From Bacteroidota bacterium (GTDB taxonomy: Bacteria > Bacteroidota > Rhodothermia > Rhodothermales > UBA10348): a stretch of 64,000 bases of DNA. Shown piece after piece: positions 55,419 through 63,804 of this stretch. The stretch is from assembly GCA_029262775.1 (NCBI GenBank), contig JAJCYR010000005.1, positions 3,183 to 67,182 of the forward strand, given 5' to 3'. A program made the position numbers and the translations under genes. Each line of letters begins with the position of its first letter. Positions within the stretch are counted from its first letter, which is position 1. Below the pieces are notes generated by a model. It was not told where the DNA came from. It saw only the letters and a list, made by a program, of their open reading frames with translations, and ran no database searches.

Positions 55419-55879
55419 TCCAGCAGCCATTTGTATAGACTGGGGGCTGCACGGAACGAGGTATGCCTGAGGCGATGTGTGGCTTCTGGGATGTCGATTA
55501 AGCCGTGTGTCCCCGCTTCATTCAGCACGCCAAGCGTCCCGGCGACGGGCAGACCGCGCTGTTGCGCAATGGTTCGTGCAGCGTGCTCGTCGAGGATAAT
55601 CAGATCGGCGTTGAGCTTCTCGGCGAGCAGGATCGCTTCACGCTCCCCTCGGTGCAGGGCGTCGAGGTGAACGTCGTTGACAGGCTCTACGGTGTGTATG
55701 TCCAGCCAGTCGGGTGGCAGTGCGATCCAAGCGCGGACGGATGCAGGCGTACCGGGATCGGAAAGCTCGTCGCGGACTGCGGTGGGGATTGCTATAGTAC
55801 CGAAGCGCTCGGGCAGGATGTGATCCGCACCGATCAGCACGAGGTAGTTGAGTGGAGACGTGTTTGAGACAACGCTCAT
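55391..55879 (-). CDS. PIN-like toxin (DUF3368 family)
   Basis: VVSNTSPLNYLVLIG...GEREAILLA...LIILDEHAAR pattern. 4-nt overlap with the upstream antitoxin gene. Confidence 0.72.
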   Translation of the reverse strand: MSVVSNTSPLNYLVLIGADHILPERFGTIAIPTAVRDELSDPGTPASVRAWIALPPDWLDIHTVEPVNDVHLDALHRGEREAILLAEKLNADLIILDEHAARTIAQQRGLPVAGTLGVLNEAGTHGLIDIPEATHRLRHTSFRAAPSLYKWLLDQHRQRQAG

Positions 55880-56142
55880 GAGCCGGTCGCGTTGCGGATC
55901 GTCTCCATGTCACGCAGTAGGTCTTCCTCGGTGTAATGGAGATACGCCTGCTTTTGGTGCAAGAAGGTTTCGGTCTCTGAGCGGGAACGATGTCCGAGTA
56001 AGCGACCGACTTCGGCAGCCGAGAGCACTTCGTCTCGGTAGGCCTCGACCGCCAGCGCTTCCAGGGTGCGCTGGGGCAGATTGCTCCAGCTCGCTTGTAG
56101 CCGGCTCATCATATCTTCCGGCAGGTTGATGGTAATGGTCAT
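55876..56142 (-). CDS. UPF0175-family antitoxin
   Basis: 88 aa. ...TLEALAVEAYRDEVLSAAEVGRLLG... is typical of UPF0175. Paired with the DUF3368 PIN gene. Confidence 0.72.
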   Translation of the reverse strand: MTITINLPEDMMSRLQASWSNLPQRTLEALAVEAYRDEVLSAAEVGRLLGHRSRSETETFLHQKQAYLHYTEEDLLRDMETIRNATGS

Positions 56143-56340
56143 TGCTGAAGACCGTATTTGCTGAAGGTTGGGTGTTCAAACGCATCCCCACGGTTTTATA
56201 TCCCAGCGATACCTACCGCGTGATGAAAAGACGCGCTATGGGAGCGGACGCGGCGGCATCGCCCAGAAGAGGTGTCCCGCTACGAGGCCCAGGGCGATGA
56301 CGCCCCAGACAATGAGCGGCTCGCTGATCGAGAGCGCCCG

Positions 56341-56784
56341 GGCGCCGGCTACGAGGGGGCTCTTCAGACGGATGGATATCAGGTTTACGACGAATTTTTC
56401 GCAAGTGACAAGATCACACCCCACGGGTGCATGGCGCACGCATGTCGTTACTTTTTCGAGACCAAAGACAGTGATCCCGAGTGGGCAGATTATGCCCTCA
56501 CCGAGATCGAGAAGCTCTTTGCGATCGAGCGGACGTTCAAAGAAACCGGGGCCTCGCACGAGGAGCGGCTCCGGGTGCGGACAGCCGAGTCCACTCCGAT
56601 TCTGGAGCAATTCAAGAGCTGGGTGCAGAACCACCGCGGCCTACCAAGAAGCGGCTGGGGCCGGGCGACCCATTACTCTCTGGCGCAGTGGGACAAATTG
56701 GTCCAATACACCTGAGATGGGCGGGTCGAGATATCGAATAGCTGTTACCGCATCGCTGGAGTCCCAAGGCGTAAGCTGGACTGA
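56341..56784 (+). pseudogene. IS66-family transposase, C-terminal fragment with in-frame stop
   Basis: LQTDGYQVY...CMAHACRYF...LFAIER... then TGA at 56713, followed by DGRVEISNS..R...RRKL, the remnant of the DGR.EIDNN...GRKN motif. The N-terminal DDE part is missing. Confidence 0.65.
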
Positions 56785-56840
56785 GAAAATCCTCCTCTCC
56801 TCGCTGAGAGACGGCGAAATAGTGAATCGGGCTGTGTCAA

Positions 56841-56945
56841 CCATGTGGCTGGGCGGACGGATACGACTGGCATGCTTGTGTCGGGGATGCCACACTGGAT
56901 CGACTCATACACAACGCACACCGAATTACTTTATCGGTAGCAGGC
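56841..56945 (+). pseudogene. IstB-like (IS21 helper ATPase) C-terminal remnant
   Basis: The frame reads ...WHACVGDATLDRLIHNAHRITLSV, matching the AILDRLxHHAxxIxL motif. No upstream ATPase core. Confidence 0.4.
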
Positions 56946-56979
56946 CCTTGGGTGACCCCGATGGAGCAGACGCATCCCT

Positions 56980-57432
56980 TCAGAGGTCAGTCAGCGTCGC
57001 ATAGCTGATAGATGAAACGTGGTCCAGCGGCAGCCGATTAGATATATCAAAGACCATTCCCATTGGGGTCAAGGGAGCGATCGTAACCATGACATTGGCT
57101 TTCTTATCCTGGACATTTGCCAAAAAGGTCTCTGTGAGCTCTTCAAGCCTGGTACTCATCCCGTCCAGTTGGATGCGACCATCGGCATCGATCAATGAAC
57201 GTTGATACAAATCTGAGAACAGGTATGTCGAGTCTTGGCTTCGTTGTAGCGAGGTAATCCCTCCTCCTAAACCGAGGGGGAGCATGGTTGAATCAAAAGG
57301 CACAATCGCAACATCCGTGATATTCTCTCGCTCCGGCCCCTGGCAAGAGCACACGACGACCATCACGACAAACAAACCAGAGGTCAACGAGGAGCTTCGG
57401 AACCTTCGATGGAATAACCAGCCTCTTGCCAT
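56980..57432 (-). CDS. Hypothetical lipoprotein in a low-GC patch
   Basis: Lipobox-like VVVCSC. The C-half is loosely ExbD/TolR-like (IDADGRIQLDG...VMVTIAPLTPMGMVFDI). GC is visibly lower than in the flanks. Confidence 0.4.
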   Translation of the reverse strand: MARGWLFHRRFRSSSLTSGLFVVMVVVCSCQGPERENITDVAIVPFDSTMLPLGLGGGITSLQRSQDSTYLFSDLYQRSLIDADGRIQLDGMSTRLEELTETFLANVQDKKANVMVTIAPLTPMGMVFDISNRLPLDHVSSISYATLTDL

Positions 57433-57477
57433 GCTTCAATACCTCCGCGAAGAACATAAATGGGGTTGTTGACTTTT

Positions 57478-57667
57478 GGTACGGTTCGACTTCTACCCGG
57501 AAAAATAGTGAACGCCCACCCGGCACGAGGCCGAGCGGGCGTTCAATGGCTCCCCGGGTAGGATTTACTCGCCGCTGGGGCAGGTGGCATCCCTTTCAGG
57601 CCGAGCAATAGGCTCGTAAGTCGCTCGCTCTGCTCGCTCGTTTGAACCTCCCTCGCGCCAAAGGCGC
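57478..57667. repeat. tRNA-Asn-end-bearing repeat unit U1 (~190 bp)
   Basis: About 95% identical by eye to 57836-58027. It contains tggctccccgggtaggatt (57547-57565), the last 19 nt of tRNA-Asn, a terminator-like hairpin, and an inverted ggttcgacttctacccgg tRNA-end copy. Confidence 0.8.
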
Positions 57668-57668
57668 C

Positions 57669-57833
57669 AGAAGCGTTTTGAAAAACCATCACGCACCCTT
57701 CTGCGGCGGCGAAACACCATCTACGGCGTTGTCCCTCCTATGCGTAGCTATGGCTACGCAGACGTCGGGACGCCTTGTATCTGGCATTTCGGCGCTCGCA
57801 TCTTGGCGCACGCTGGTTCTTCAAAACGCTTCT
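57669..57833. mobile_element. MITE-like non-autonomous element, copy 2 (~165 bp)
   Basis: TIRs agaagcgttttgaaaaacc (57669-57687) and ggttcttcaaaacgcttct (57815-57833). It shares the ~70-nt core with copy 1 and interrupts the U1/U2 junction, which is uninterrupted at 58027/58028. Confidence 0.55.
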
Positions 57834-57835
57834 CG

Positions 57836-58027
57836 GGTACGGTTCGACTCCTACCCGGGTAAAATATTGAACGCACACCCGGCACGAGGCCGAGCGGGCG
57901 TTCAATGGCTCCCCGGGTAGGATTTACTCGCCGCTGGGGCAGGTGGCATCCCTTTCAGGCCGAGCAATAAGGCTCGTAAGTCGCTCGCTTTGCTCGCTCG
58001 TTTGAACCTCCCTCGCGCCAAAGGCGC
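57836..58027. repeat. tRNA-Asn-end-bearing repeat unit U2 (~190 bp)
   Basis: Duplicate of U1, carrying the tRNA-Asn 3'-end copy at 57906-57924. Confidence 0.8.
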
Positions 58028-58053
58028 TCGGATACGGTTCGACTCCTACCCGG

Positions 58054-58094
58054 AAAAAAACAGAGCACCCCAAGCTGAAGCTTGAGGTGCTCTG
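58054..58094 (-). terminator. Intrinsic terminator of tRNA-Asn
   Basis: On the minus strand, cagagcacctcaagc-ttca-gcttggggtgctctg is followed by TTTTTTT. Confidence 0.75.
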
Positions 58095-58096
58095 TT

Positions 58097-58171
58097 TGGC
58101 TCCCCGGGTAGGATTCGAACCTACGACCCTGCGGTTAACAGCCGCATGCTCTACCGCTGAGCTACCGAGGA
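58097..58171 (-). tRNA. tRNA-Asn (GTT), CCA encoded
   Basis: Reverse complement is TCCTCGGTAGCTCAGCGGTAGAGCATGCGGCTGTTAACCGCAGGGTCGTAGGTTCGAATCCTACCCGGGGAGCCA. It folds as a cloverleaf with a 7-bp acceptor stem and anticodon loop CTGTTAA. Confidence 0.93.
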
Positions 58172-58314
58172 GTGGAGAGCCTGCAATATAAGAAGACCGT
58201 CACACACGACACAACCCTCTTTGCCGTCTTTTCAAGACGAGGGCGTACGCGAGGGAGTCCATGGAGTCGGCCGAGTTTGCCTGGTCCGCCGAGTCTGTCG
58301 TGGGACCAGGATGG

Positions 58315-60243
58315 CTACTCGGGCAACATGATATTGTTCGATCGATTCACATCCGGAAGGAACCCATCCGGGTCTATTTCGACGCGTTCGATAGTGCCTG
58401 GTGGGAACATGACCGTCGCGCCTCGCGCGCCGCCGAGCCACGTCGACACCGGAATCCACTCGTCGGCCGTTCGTCCATCCCGGTAGGTGACGCGTACGGG
58501 CGTCGGGAAGGGCGAGAGCCCGAAATCCTCCACCGTCACTTCCACGCCCGTTTCGAGCGAGACCACACTTGCAACGCCCTGATCGAGCGTCCACGTTTCG
58601 TAGAGCATGCTCGTCCAGAACCAGTCCAGATCCATGCCGAGTACGTCCTCAAACGTGTTGAACAGATCGTGTGGCTGTGGATGCTTGAACGCCCAGCGCC
58701 GCGCGTATTCCGTGTAGGCCTCGTAAAAACGATCCTGGCCCACCATGCCGCGCAGAGCGTGCAGCGCCACGGCCGGCTTGTTGTACGACGCAATGCCGCG
58801 TGCGGCCGTCCCCACCGGATACCGGTCCCCGTGGCGCATGGGCTCGACCTCCTGCCCCGTTCCGGCAATGAAATAGTAGCTTTGGCGGGCTGGATCCCAA
58901 CTCTCGTCGCCCCAGAAATCTGCACTCGCCTCGGCCGTATTGAAAGACGTCAGCCCCTCATCCATCCAGGTATACTCCTTCTCATTCTGGCCCACGATCA
59001 TGGGAAACCACATATGGGCGATCTCGTGGAACGTCGTTCCGAAGAGCCGCCTGTCGCTTCGCGCACCGCCGATCAGCGTAATCATAGGGTACTCCATGCC
59101 GCCCCCGATAATGCCTTCGACCGTCGTCATGTGCGGCCAGGGATAGGGCATGTCCAGCTGCCCCGACAGGAACTCGATGGAGTAGCGTGCGAACTCTGCC
59201 GAGCGGTCCCAGGCTGGCGTGCCGTCGCGGTAGAGTGCATGGATCATGGAATGGTTGCCTGCGGCATCGACCACCGCGTGCGTCGCATCCCACACAAAAC
59301 GGGTCGATGCGCCAAACGCGAAGTCCCGTACCTGTTCTGCCCTGTACTGCCATGTCAGCACATCCGTCGGGCTGGCCACCAGCGCACTACCGGCTTCGAG
59401 ATCGGCCACTGTTACCACGTGTACCACGTCGTCGCCTTCGGCGGCCCGGTCCAGGCGCGATATGGTCTGCTCCGAGAGCACACTCCGCCGGGAAATCAGG
59501 TCACCCGTGGCGCCCACGATCATGTTGTCGGGTACCGTGAGATGTACGTCATAATCGGCAAAATCCATGTAGAACTCGCCGTTCCCCATGTACGGATCGG
59601 CCGTCCAGCCATTCACATCATCGTACACGGCGACCTGTGGATACCAGTATCCGAGGTAGAACACCTCGCCGTCCGTTCCCATGCGCGGCGCCCCGACCTC
59701 CGGGACCTGGAATGTCCACGAAACGTCCACATCGACCGTTCCGCCGGGTGCGACCGGTGCCGTACCGCGAAGCGTCATGACGGTACCCTCGGTCACGTAC
59801 CCCGTGAGCCGGAGCGATGCCCGCTCCACGAGCGGCGCGCCGTTCCAGGCGACGCCGGTCACACGAACGCCCCCGGAAATCTTCTGCGGCCGATTCCGGA
59901 CCACGCCCTCCGCGTTCAGATTCTGGCGCAGGTGGACAGGCAGCACAAAGAGTGTATCGGGCGACTGATTGGTATACGAAATGGTCACGTCTCCGCGCAG
60001 CATTCGCGTATCGGGCGAGAGCGTAGCATGGATCGTATACCGGACCGTGTTCATCCAGTAGTCCGGACCGGGATGACCCGTCCGGGTGCGGGTGCCCGTC
60101 TCAACAGCGGCCTCGAAACCAGGCTCCTCCATGACGGGATAGGGAACAGGCCGCGGGGCCGGTTGGGATACCATCCAGGACTGGGCATGGGCGGTAGGAG
60201 CTGCCAGAAGCAGGGCGAACAGAATGCGGACCCAGGTCGTCAT
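58315..60243 (-). CDS. M1-family zinc metallopeptidase (aminopeptidase N-like), secreted
   Basis: HEIAHMWF plus WMDEG gives HExxH-x18-E. Signal peptide MTTWVRILFALLLAAPTAHAQ. The antisense 686-aa ORF is rejected. Confidence 0.85.
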   Translation of the reverse strand: MTTWVRILFALLLAAPTAHAQSWMVSQPAPRPVPYPVMEEPGFEAAVETGTRTRTGHPGPDYWMNTVRYTIHATLSPDTRMLRGDVTISYTNQSPDTLFVLPVHLRQNLNAEGVVRNRPQKISGGVRVTGVAWNGAPLVERASLRLTGYVTEGTVMTLRGTAPVAPGGTVDVDVSWTFQVPEVGAPRMGTDGEVFYLGYWYPQVAVYDDVNGWTADPYMGNGEFYMDFADYDVHLTVPDNMIVGATGDLISRRSVLSEQTISRLDRAAEGDDVVHVVTVADLEAGSALVASPTDVLTWQYRAEQVRDFAFGASTRFVWDATHAVVDAAGNHSMIHALYRDGTPAWDRSAEFARYSIEFLSGQLDMPYPWPHMTTVEGIIGGGMEYPMITLIGGARSDRRLFGTTFHEIAHMWFPMIVGQNEKEYTWMDEGLTSFNTAEASADFWGDESWDPARQSYYFIAGTGQEVEPMRHGDRYPVGTAARGIASYNKPAVALHALRGMVGQDRFYEAYTEYARRWAFKHPQPHDLFNTFEDVLGMDLDWFWTSMLYETWTLDQGVASVVSLETGVEVTVEDFGLSPFPTPVRVTYRDGRTADEWIPVSTWLGGARGATVMFPPGTIERVEIDPDGFLPDVNRSNNIMLPE

Positions 60244-60353
60244 GTCAGAAAACACCTGAAAGTGGGGCAGAAGTACGGCAATGTTCCACAACGTAGTCGG
60301 CCCCGTGGTCGCCGTTCGTAGGGGTTTCCCCGAAATACGTATTCAGCAGCCGT

Positions 60354-62606
60354 CTACAACATGATCAAATACGTGAGCTTGGCAATCCCGACCATATTGT
60401 TGAGCAGCAGATCGGCCCGCGGGTCGAAAACATCCTCGCTGTCACTGGGTACGTGGTAGCTCGTATTGAAAACCAGAAACAGATCCGACCCCGGCGTATG
60501 GATCCAGTCAATCCGGATATTGGCCGTCGCATTGCGCGAAAAGTTGTCATATTGAATGAGCGCCTTGGCAAAGAGCTTCCGGCTCACACTCCCCAGAATA
60601 TCGATAGATGCGGTCGTCGCGTTGAAGTCACCCCCCGAGATCGGCAGATCGACGGTAGAGTAGCGCAGGCTACCACCGAGCGTGAGGTACTTCGACTGCC
60701 TGTAGCCGCCCGATGCGTTCCAGTCCGTGCGCGTTCCGTGAAAGAAGTCGCCCGTCTCGAGTCCCGCCGAGAGAGAGAGGCGGCGCCCCGGGTCGGACGT
60801 GAAACTGAGGCCCACCCGATTGAATGTATAGTCGCCGGGCACAATCTCTGCGTCGGGGCGGATGAAGAAAGGCTGTTCCAGGCGCTCGAATTCGCGGCTT
60901 CCGGTAAGCTGGATGCTGTCGCGCTGGCGGAGTTGGAAGCCGACCGAAGGGTTGATGCTCCAGGACTGTTTGTCGCCGTCCTGACCGGTGATATAAATAC
61001 CCATCGTATGCGCGGTGATCTGCCGGAAGGGACCGTTTTCCAGGAAGGGCGACCAGGTGAGTGTACCGACACTCTGGCGCATGTCCCGGCGTCTCACGAA
61101 TCCGAGTCCGGGGTTGAAGTCGGTGCTGACGCTCGTATAGGAGAGGCTGCCACCGTAGACGGCATTCCGCAGGCTCAGGCTCACACGGCCCGCCTGTTCG
61201 CCGTCGAATGTGTCGTCCGATGCCACGACGCCCGTGTACCAGGCGTCAAATTCGCTGCGACTCCAGAACCGGACCTGGGTATCTGCGCCAAAGGCCCGAT
61301 TCCAGTCGCCACCCCGGTCGAGCGAGGTGAAAATAGCGCCGGCTGTGGCGCGCGGGCGGACCTCGGTCCGCGCGCGCGCCACAAAGTTGTTCGCCGACCG
61401 CGATCCCAGTAGATCGCTCATTTCATCGCCCGTCTCAATGTTGAGCAGCCCCACCGAGACGCGCCCGACCTGTCCCGTAGCGCGGGCACCCGCCAGAATG
61501 CGCTCCGTCAGTCCAATTCGGCGCGAAAAGAAGGTCTGCGTCTGGCGCGAGGAGCCGTGCTCAAAGAGTCCGGACCGCTCCAGGAAGAACTGCCGTTTTT
61601 CCGGGAAAAAGAGGCTGAAACGGGTCAGGTTGACCTGGGCATTGTCCGCCTCGACCTGGGCAAAATCCGTGTTGACCGTCGCATCTATCGTAATATTCGA
61701 CGTCAGGCCGTACTTCAGGTCAAATCCGACCTCGTTGTTCAGGTCCGAATTCGTATTGTCAACGCTCAGGTCGGGTCGCACTTTCTGGGCGCCACTCACG
61801 ACGTACGGGGTCAACTCGATGTTCTTTCCGCGGCTGATGTTCTTGATGCCAGTCAGGCGGCCGTATTCGCTGACCGTCCGCATGTCGTCGCTGTACCCCG
61901 AACCATAGGAGAGCGGAATGAGGGGCCAGTTCAGTGTTTCGTTCTTGCGGTTGATTTTGCGGCGCATAAAGAGGCCGAATTCCAGTTCCTCACCCTCCGG
62001 GAAACGGAGTTGCCGGAAGGGAATAGAGACTTCGAGCGTCCAGCCTTCCTCGTTGATGACGGTTTCGCTCGTGAACACGGCGTCCCACGAGTAGGAATCG
62101 AGTGTGATCGCCTCGTCGGCAATCATGGCATCGTCCTGTGTACCAAGGGCGTTCATTTCAAACAGGTAGGCGTTGCGGCCGTCGAGAAAGGTATCGAGCC
62201 CGATGTACGCATGGTCATCCCGATCATTTCGTCCGCCGCGTTCCATGTTTTTGGCGCGGATGAGTTCGGGACTCTTGTCCTTGAAGCTGAATGCGAAATA
62301 GAGATAGTCGCGGTCGTAGGCCACCTTGGCCCATGTTTCTTCCGTAGGCAGGGCGCCCTCGTTTGGCCAGCGCTGCCGGAAGTCCGAGATCGGGTCAATG
62401 AACTGCCAGGCATCGTCGTCCAGGCGGCCGTCAATGCGGGGCGCTTCCTCGACAAAGACCGCTTCGATGGTCGGAAGGGCAGCTGGTGAGCCGTTGTCGC
62501 CGCCCGATGCGGTCTGTGCGCTGGCAGTGGGCACGGACAGCAGTACGGTAAATGCGATGGCCGCGCAGAATGCGGCAGACGGCTCGGCGGTCGTTTTGGG
62601 GGGCAT
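60354..62606 (-). CDS. DUF5916-type outer-membrane protein (CBM9-like domain plus beta-barrel)
   Basis: RIDGRLDDDAWQFIDPISDFRQ...DRDDHAYIGLDTFLDGRNAYLFEMNALG...WDAVF...WTLEVSIPFRQLRF pattern. The long C-terminal region has alternating beta-strand character. Start at 62606 (or 62672); the listed 980-aa ORF over-extends across the opposite-strand gene. Confidence 0.7.
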   Translation of the reverse strand: MPPKTTAEPSAAFCAAIAFTVLLSVPTASAQTASGGDNGSPAALPTIEAVFVEEAPRIDGRLDDDAWQFIDPISDFRQRWPNEGALPTEETWAKVAYDRDYLYFAFSFKDKSPELIRAKNMERGGRNDRDDHAYIGLDTFLDGRNAYLFEMNALGTQDDAMIADEAITLDSYSWDAVFTSETVINEEGWTLEVSIPFRQLRFPEGEELEFGLFMRRKINRKNETLNWPLIPLSYGSGYSDDMRTVSEYGRLTGIKNISRGKNIELTPYVVSGAQKVRPDLSVDNTNSDLNNEVGFDLKYGLTSNITIDATVNTDFAQVEADNAQVNLTRFSLFFPEKRQFFLERSGLFEHGSSRQTQTFFSRRIGLTERILAGARATGQVGRVSVGLLNIETGDEMSDLLGSRSANNFVARARTEVRPRATAGAIFTSLDRGGDWNRAFGADTQVRFWSRSEFDAWYTGVVASDDTFDGEQAGRVSLSLRNAVYGGSLSYTSVSTDFNPGLGFVRRRDMRQSVGTLTWSPFLENGPFRQITAHTMGIYITGQDGDKQSWSINPSVGFQLRQRDSIQLTGSREFERLEQPFFIRPDAEIVPGDYTFNRVGLSFTSDPGRRLSLSAGLETGDFFHGTRTDWNASGGYRQSKYLTLGGSLRYSTVDLPISGGDFNATTASIDILGSVSRKLFAKALIQYDNFSRNATANIRIDWIHTPGSDLFLVFNTSYHVPSDSEDVFDPRADLLLNNMVGIAKLTYLIML

Positions 62607-62735
62607 GCGGCTCGGTTGTGGGTGAGAAGCCAATATAATGCACCAGAATAATGCACCGACACTTTTCGTCATGGTCTCCGTAGTTTCGTTCTGCAGGCCC
62701 ATTTTCAAGTCATCACGCACTATCAGCATACTGCC

Positions 62736-63275
62736 ATGGATTCTATTAAGCCGATACCACATCTGTTCATTCTGATTCTCCTGTCCCTCGTGATTTATCC
62801 GGTCACGTCGGCCGCGGCCCAGTCTGACACGGAGGCAGACGTCATGGCCGTTATTAACAGGTTTTTCCATGCATTCGCCGAGCGGGACTCGGCCCGTATG
62901 GCGGCCGAAGTCGACATGGACGGCCGTTTGGTGATCACGGCGTTCACGCCGGATGGCGCCCCATTCATTCGCCCGATTCCGATGCGGTCCTTTATTCCAA
63001 GCATTGCGAACAGGCAGGGGCCACCGATTGAGGAGACCATCTGGAATCCGGTCGTTGAGATCCACGACAACCTTGCAACTGTCTGGGTCGAATACAATCT
63101 CTGGGTTGGTGACGCGATCGATCACTGCGGGAAGGACGCCTTCCAACTGGCCCGCTTTCCGGCCGATGCGGACGAAGCGGCCGAAGCGGCCGCTGGAGAG
63201 GCCGCCTGGAAAATCATCGCCGTGGCTGATACGCAGCGCCGTGAGGGGTGCACCGACAGGGGACTTCGGCGATAG
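62736..63275 (+). CDS. Secreted NTF2-like (SnoaL/DUF4440-type) protein
   Basis: Signal peptide ending SAAAQ. VINRFFHAFAERDSARM...ATVWVEYNLW is typical of the NTF2-like fold. Confidence 0.62.
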   Translation: MDSIKPIPHLFILILLSLVIYPVTSAAAQSDTEADVMAVINRFFHAFAERDSARMAAEVDMDGRLVITAFTPDGAPFIRPIPMRSFIPSIANRQGPPIEETIWNPVVEIHDNLATVWVEYNLWVGDAIDHCGKDAFQLARFPADADEAAEAAAGEAAWKIIAVADTQRREGCTDRGLRR

Positions 63276-63384
63276 ACGCTCCGCAATCCAATGCACGGTC
63301 AGTCACTTCAAATCAGAGTGAAATGGCGCCCAGGCGTTGAACGCTCCGTGGATCTGGCGTATTATCAGGTCTTGTCACCGAATG

Positions 63385-63472
63385 GCCCTGGTGGCGGAAC
63401 TGGTAGACGCGCTAGATTCAGGTTCTAGTGAGCATTACGCTCGTGGAGGTTCGAGTCCTCTCCAGGGCACCA
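63385..63472 (+). tRNA. tRNA-Leu (CAG), long variable arm, CCA encoded
   Basis: GCCCTGG...CTAGATTCAGGTTCTAG...GGAGGTTCGAGTCCTCTCCAGGGCACCA. Type II tRNA with anticodon loop TTCAGGT. Confidence 0.92.
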
Positions 63473-63484
63473 ACTGTGTTACTA

Positions 63485-63523
63485 CAAGGCGCTAATTCAT
63501 AAGGAATTAGCGCCTTGATTTTT
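63485..63523 (+). terminator. Intrinsic terminator of tRNA-Leu
   Basis: 14-bp stem caaggcgctaattc/gaattagcgccttg followed by ATTTTTAT. Confidence 0.75.
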
Positions 63524-63672
63524 ATGGTCGATCTACACCAGATCTACAAATCACGCATCGAAGTTGCTTGGCTACGCTTCAAGGTAACAGTTGAAGCGCG
63601 ACCATCGTCCACGGGTAAGCCCGTGGAGTTCTATCTTTGGCCGCTTAAATGGTAGCAACAGCCTTATAGTGA

Positions 63673-63777
63673 GCCGAGGTGTGCCGCTGCGTAATCACCG
63701 CCCGTATCTACGCCGATGTCACCCCCGACGCCATGCGCGCTCGGGTTCAGGCTGCTTTTTCAGAAATGGACACGTAG
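63673..63777 (+). pseudogene. Possible tyrosine-recombinase C-terminal remnant
   Basis: The short open frame reads ...CVITARIYADVTPDAMRARVQAAFSEMDT*, resembling the ..TT.IY.HV..E.L...V.. integrase tail around the catalytic Tyr. No upstream body. Confidence 0.3.
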
Positions 63778-63804
63778 AGAACCCAGTCTATACATATTTG
63801 TATA

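Noticed and set aside
56168-57004. 278-aa plus-strand ORF spanning the IS remnants
   Set aside because: The reading frame differs from the frames carrying the IS66 and IstB-like motifs. The Arg/Ser/Gly-rich translation matches no family, so it is treated as noise across pseudogene debris.
57478-58096. Possible CRISPR array or tandem tRNA genes
   Set aside because: There are only two full ~190-bp units, with no short repeat-spacer periodicity and no cas genes. The upstream copies keep only the last 19 nt of tRNA-Asn and cannot form acceptor or T stems, so they are not tRNA genes.
58261-60321. 686-aa plus-strand ORF
   Set aside because: It is antisense to the M1 peptidase, which has an intact HExxH-x18-E motif and signal peptide. 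The translation is Arg/His/Pro/Gly-rich low-complexity sequence typical of mirror frames in high-GC DNA.
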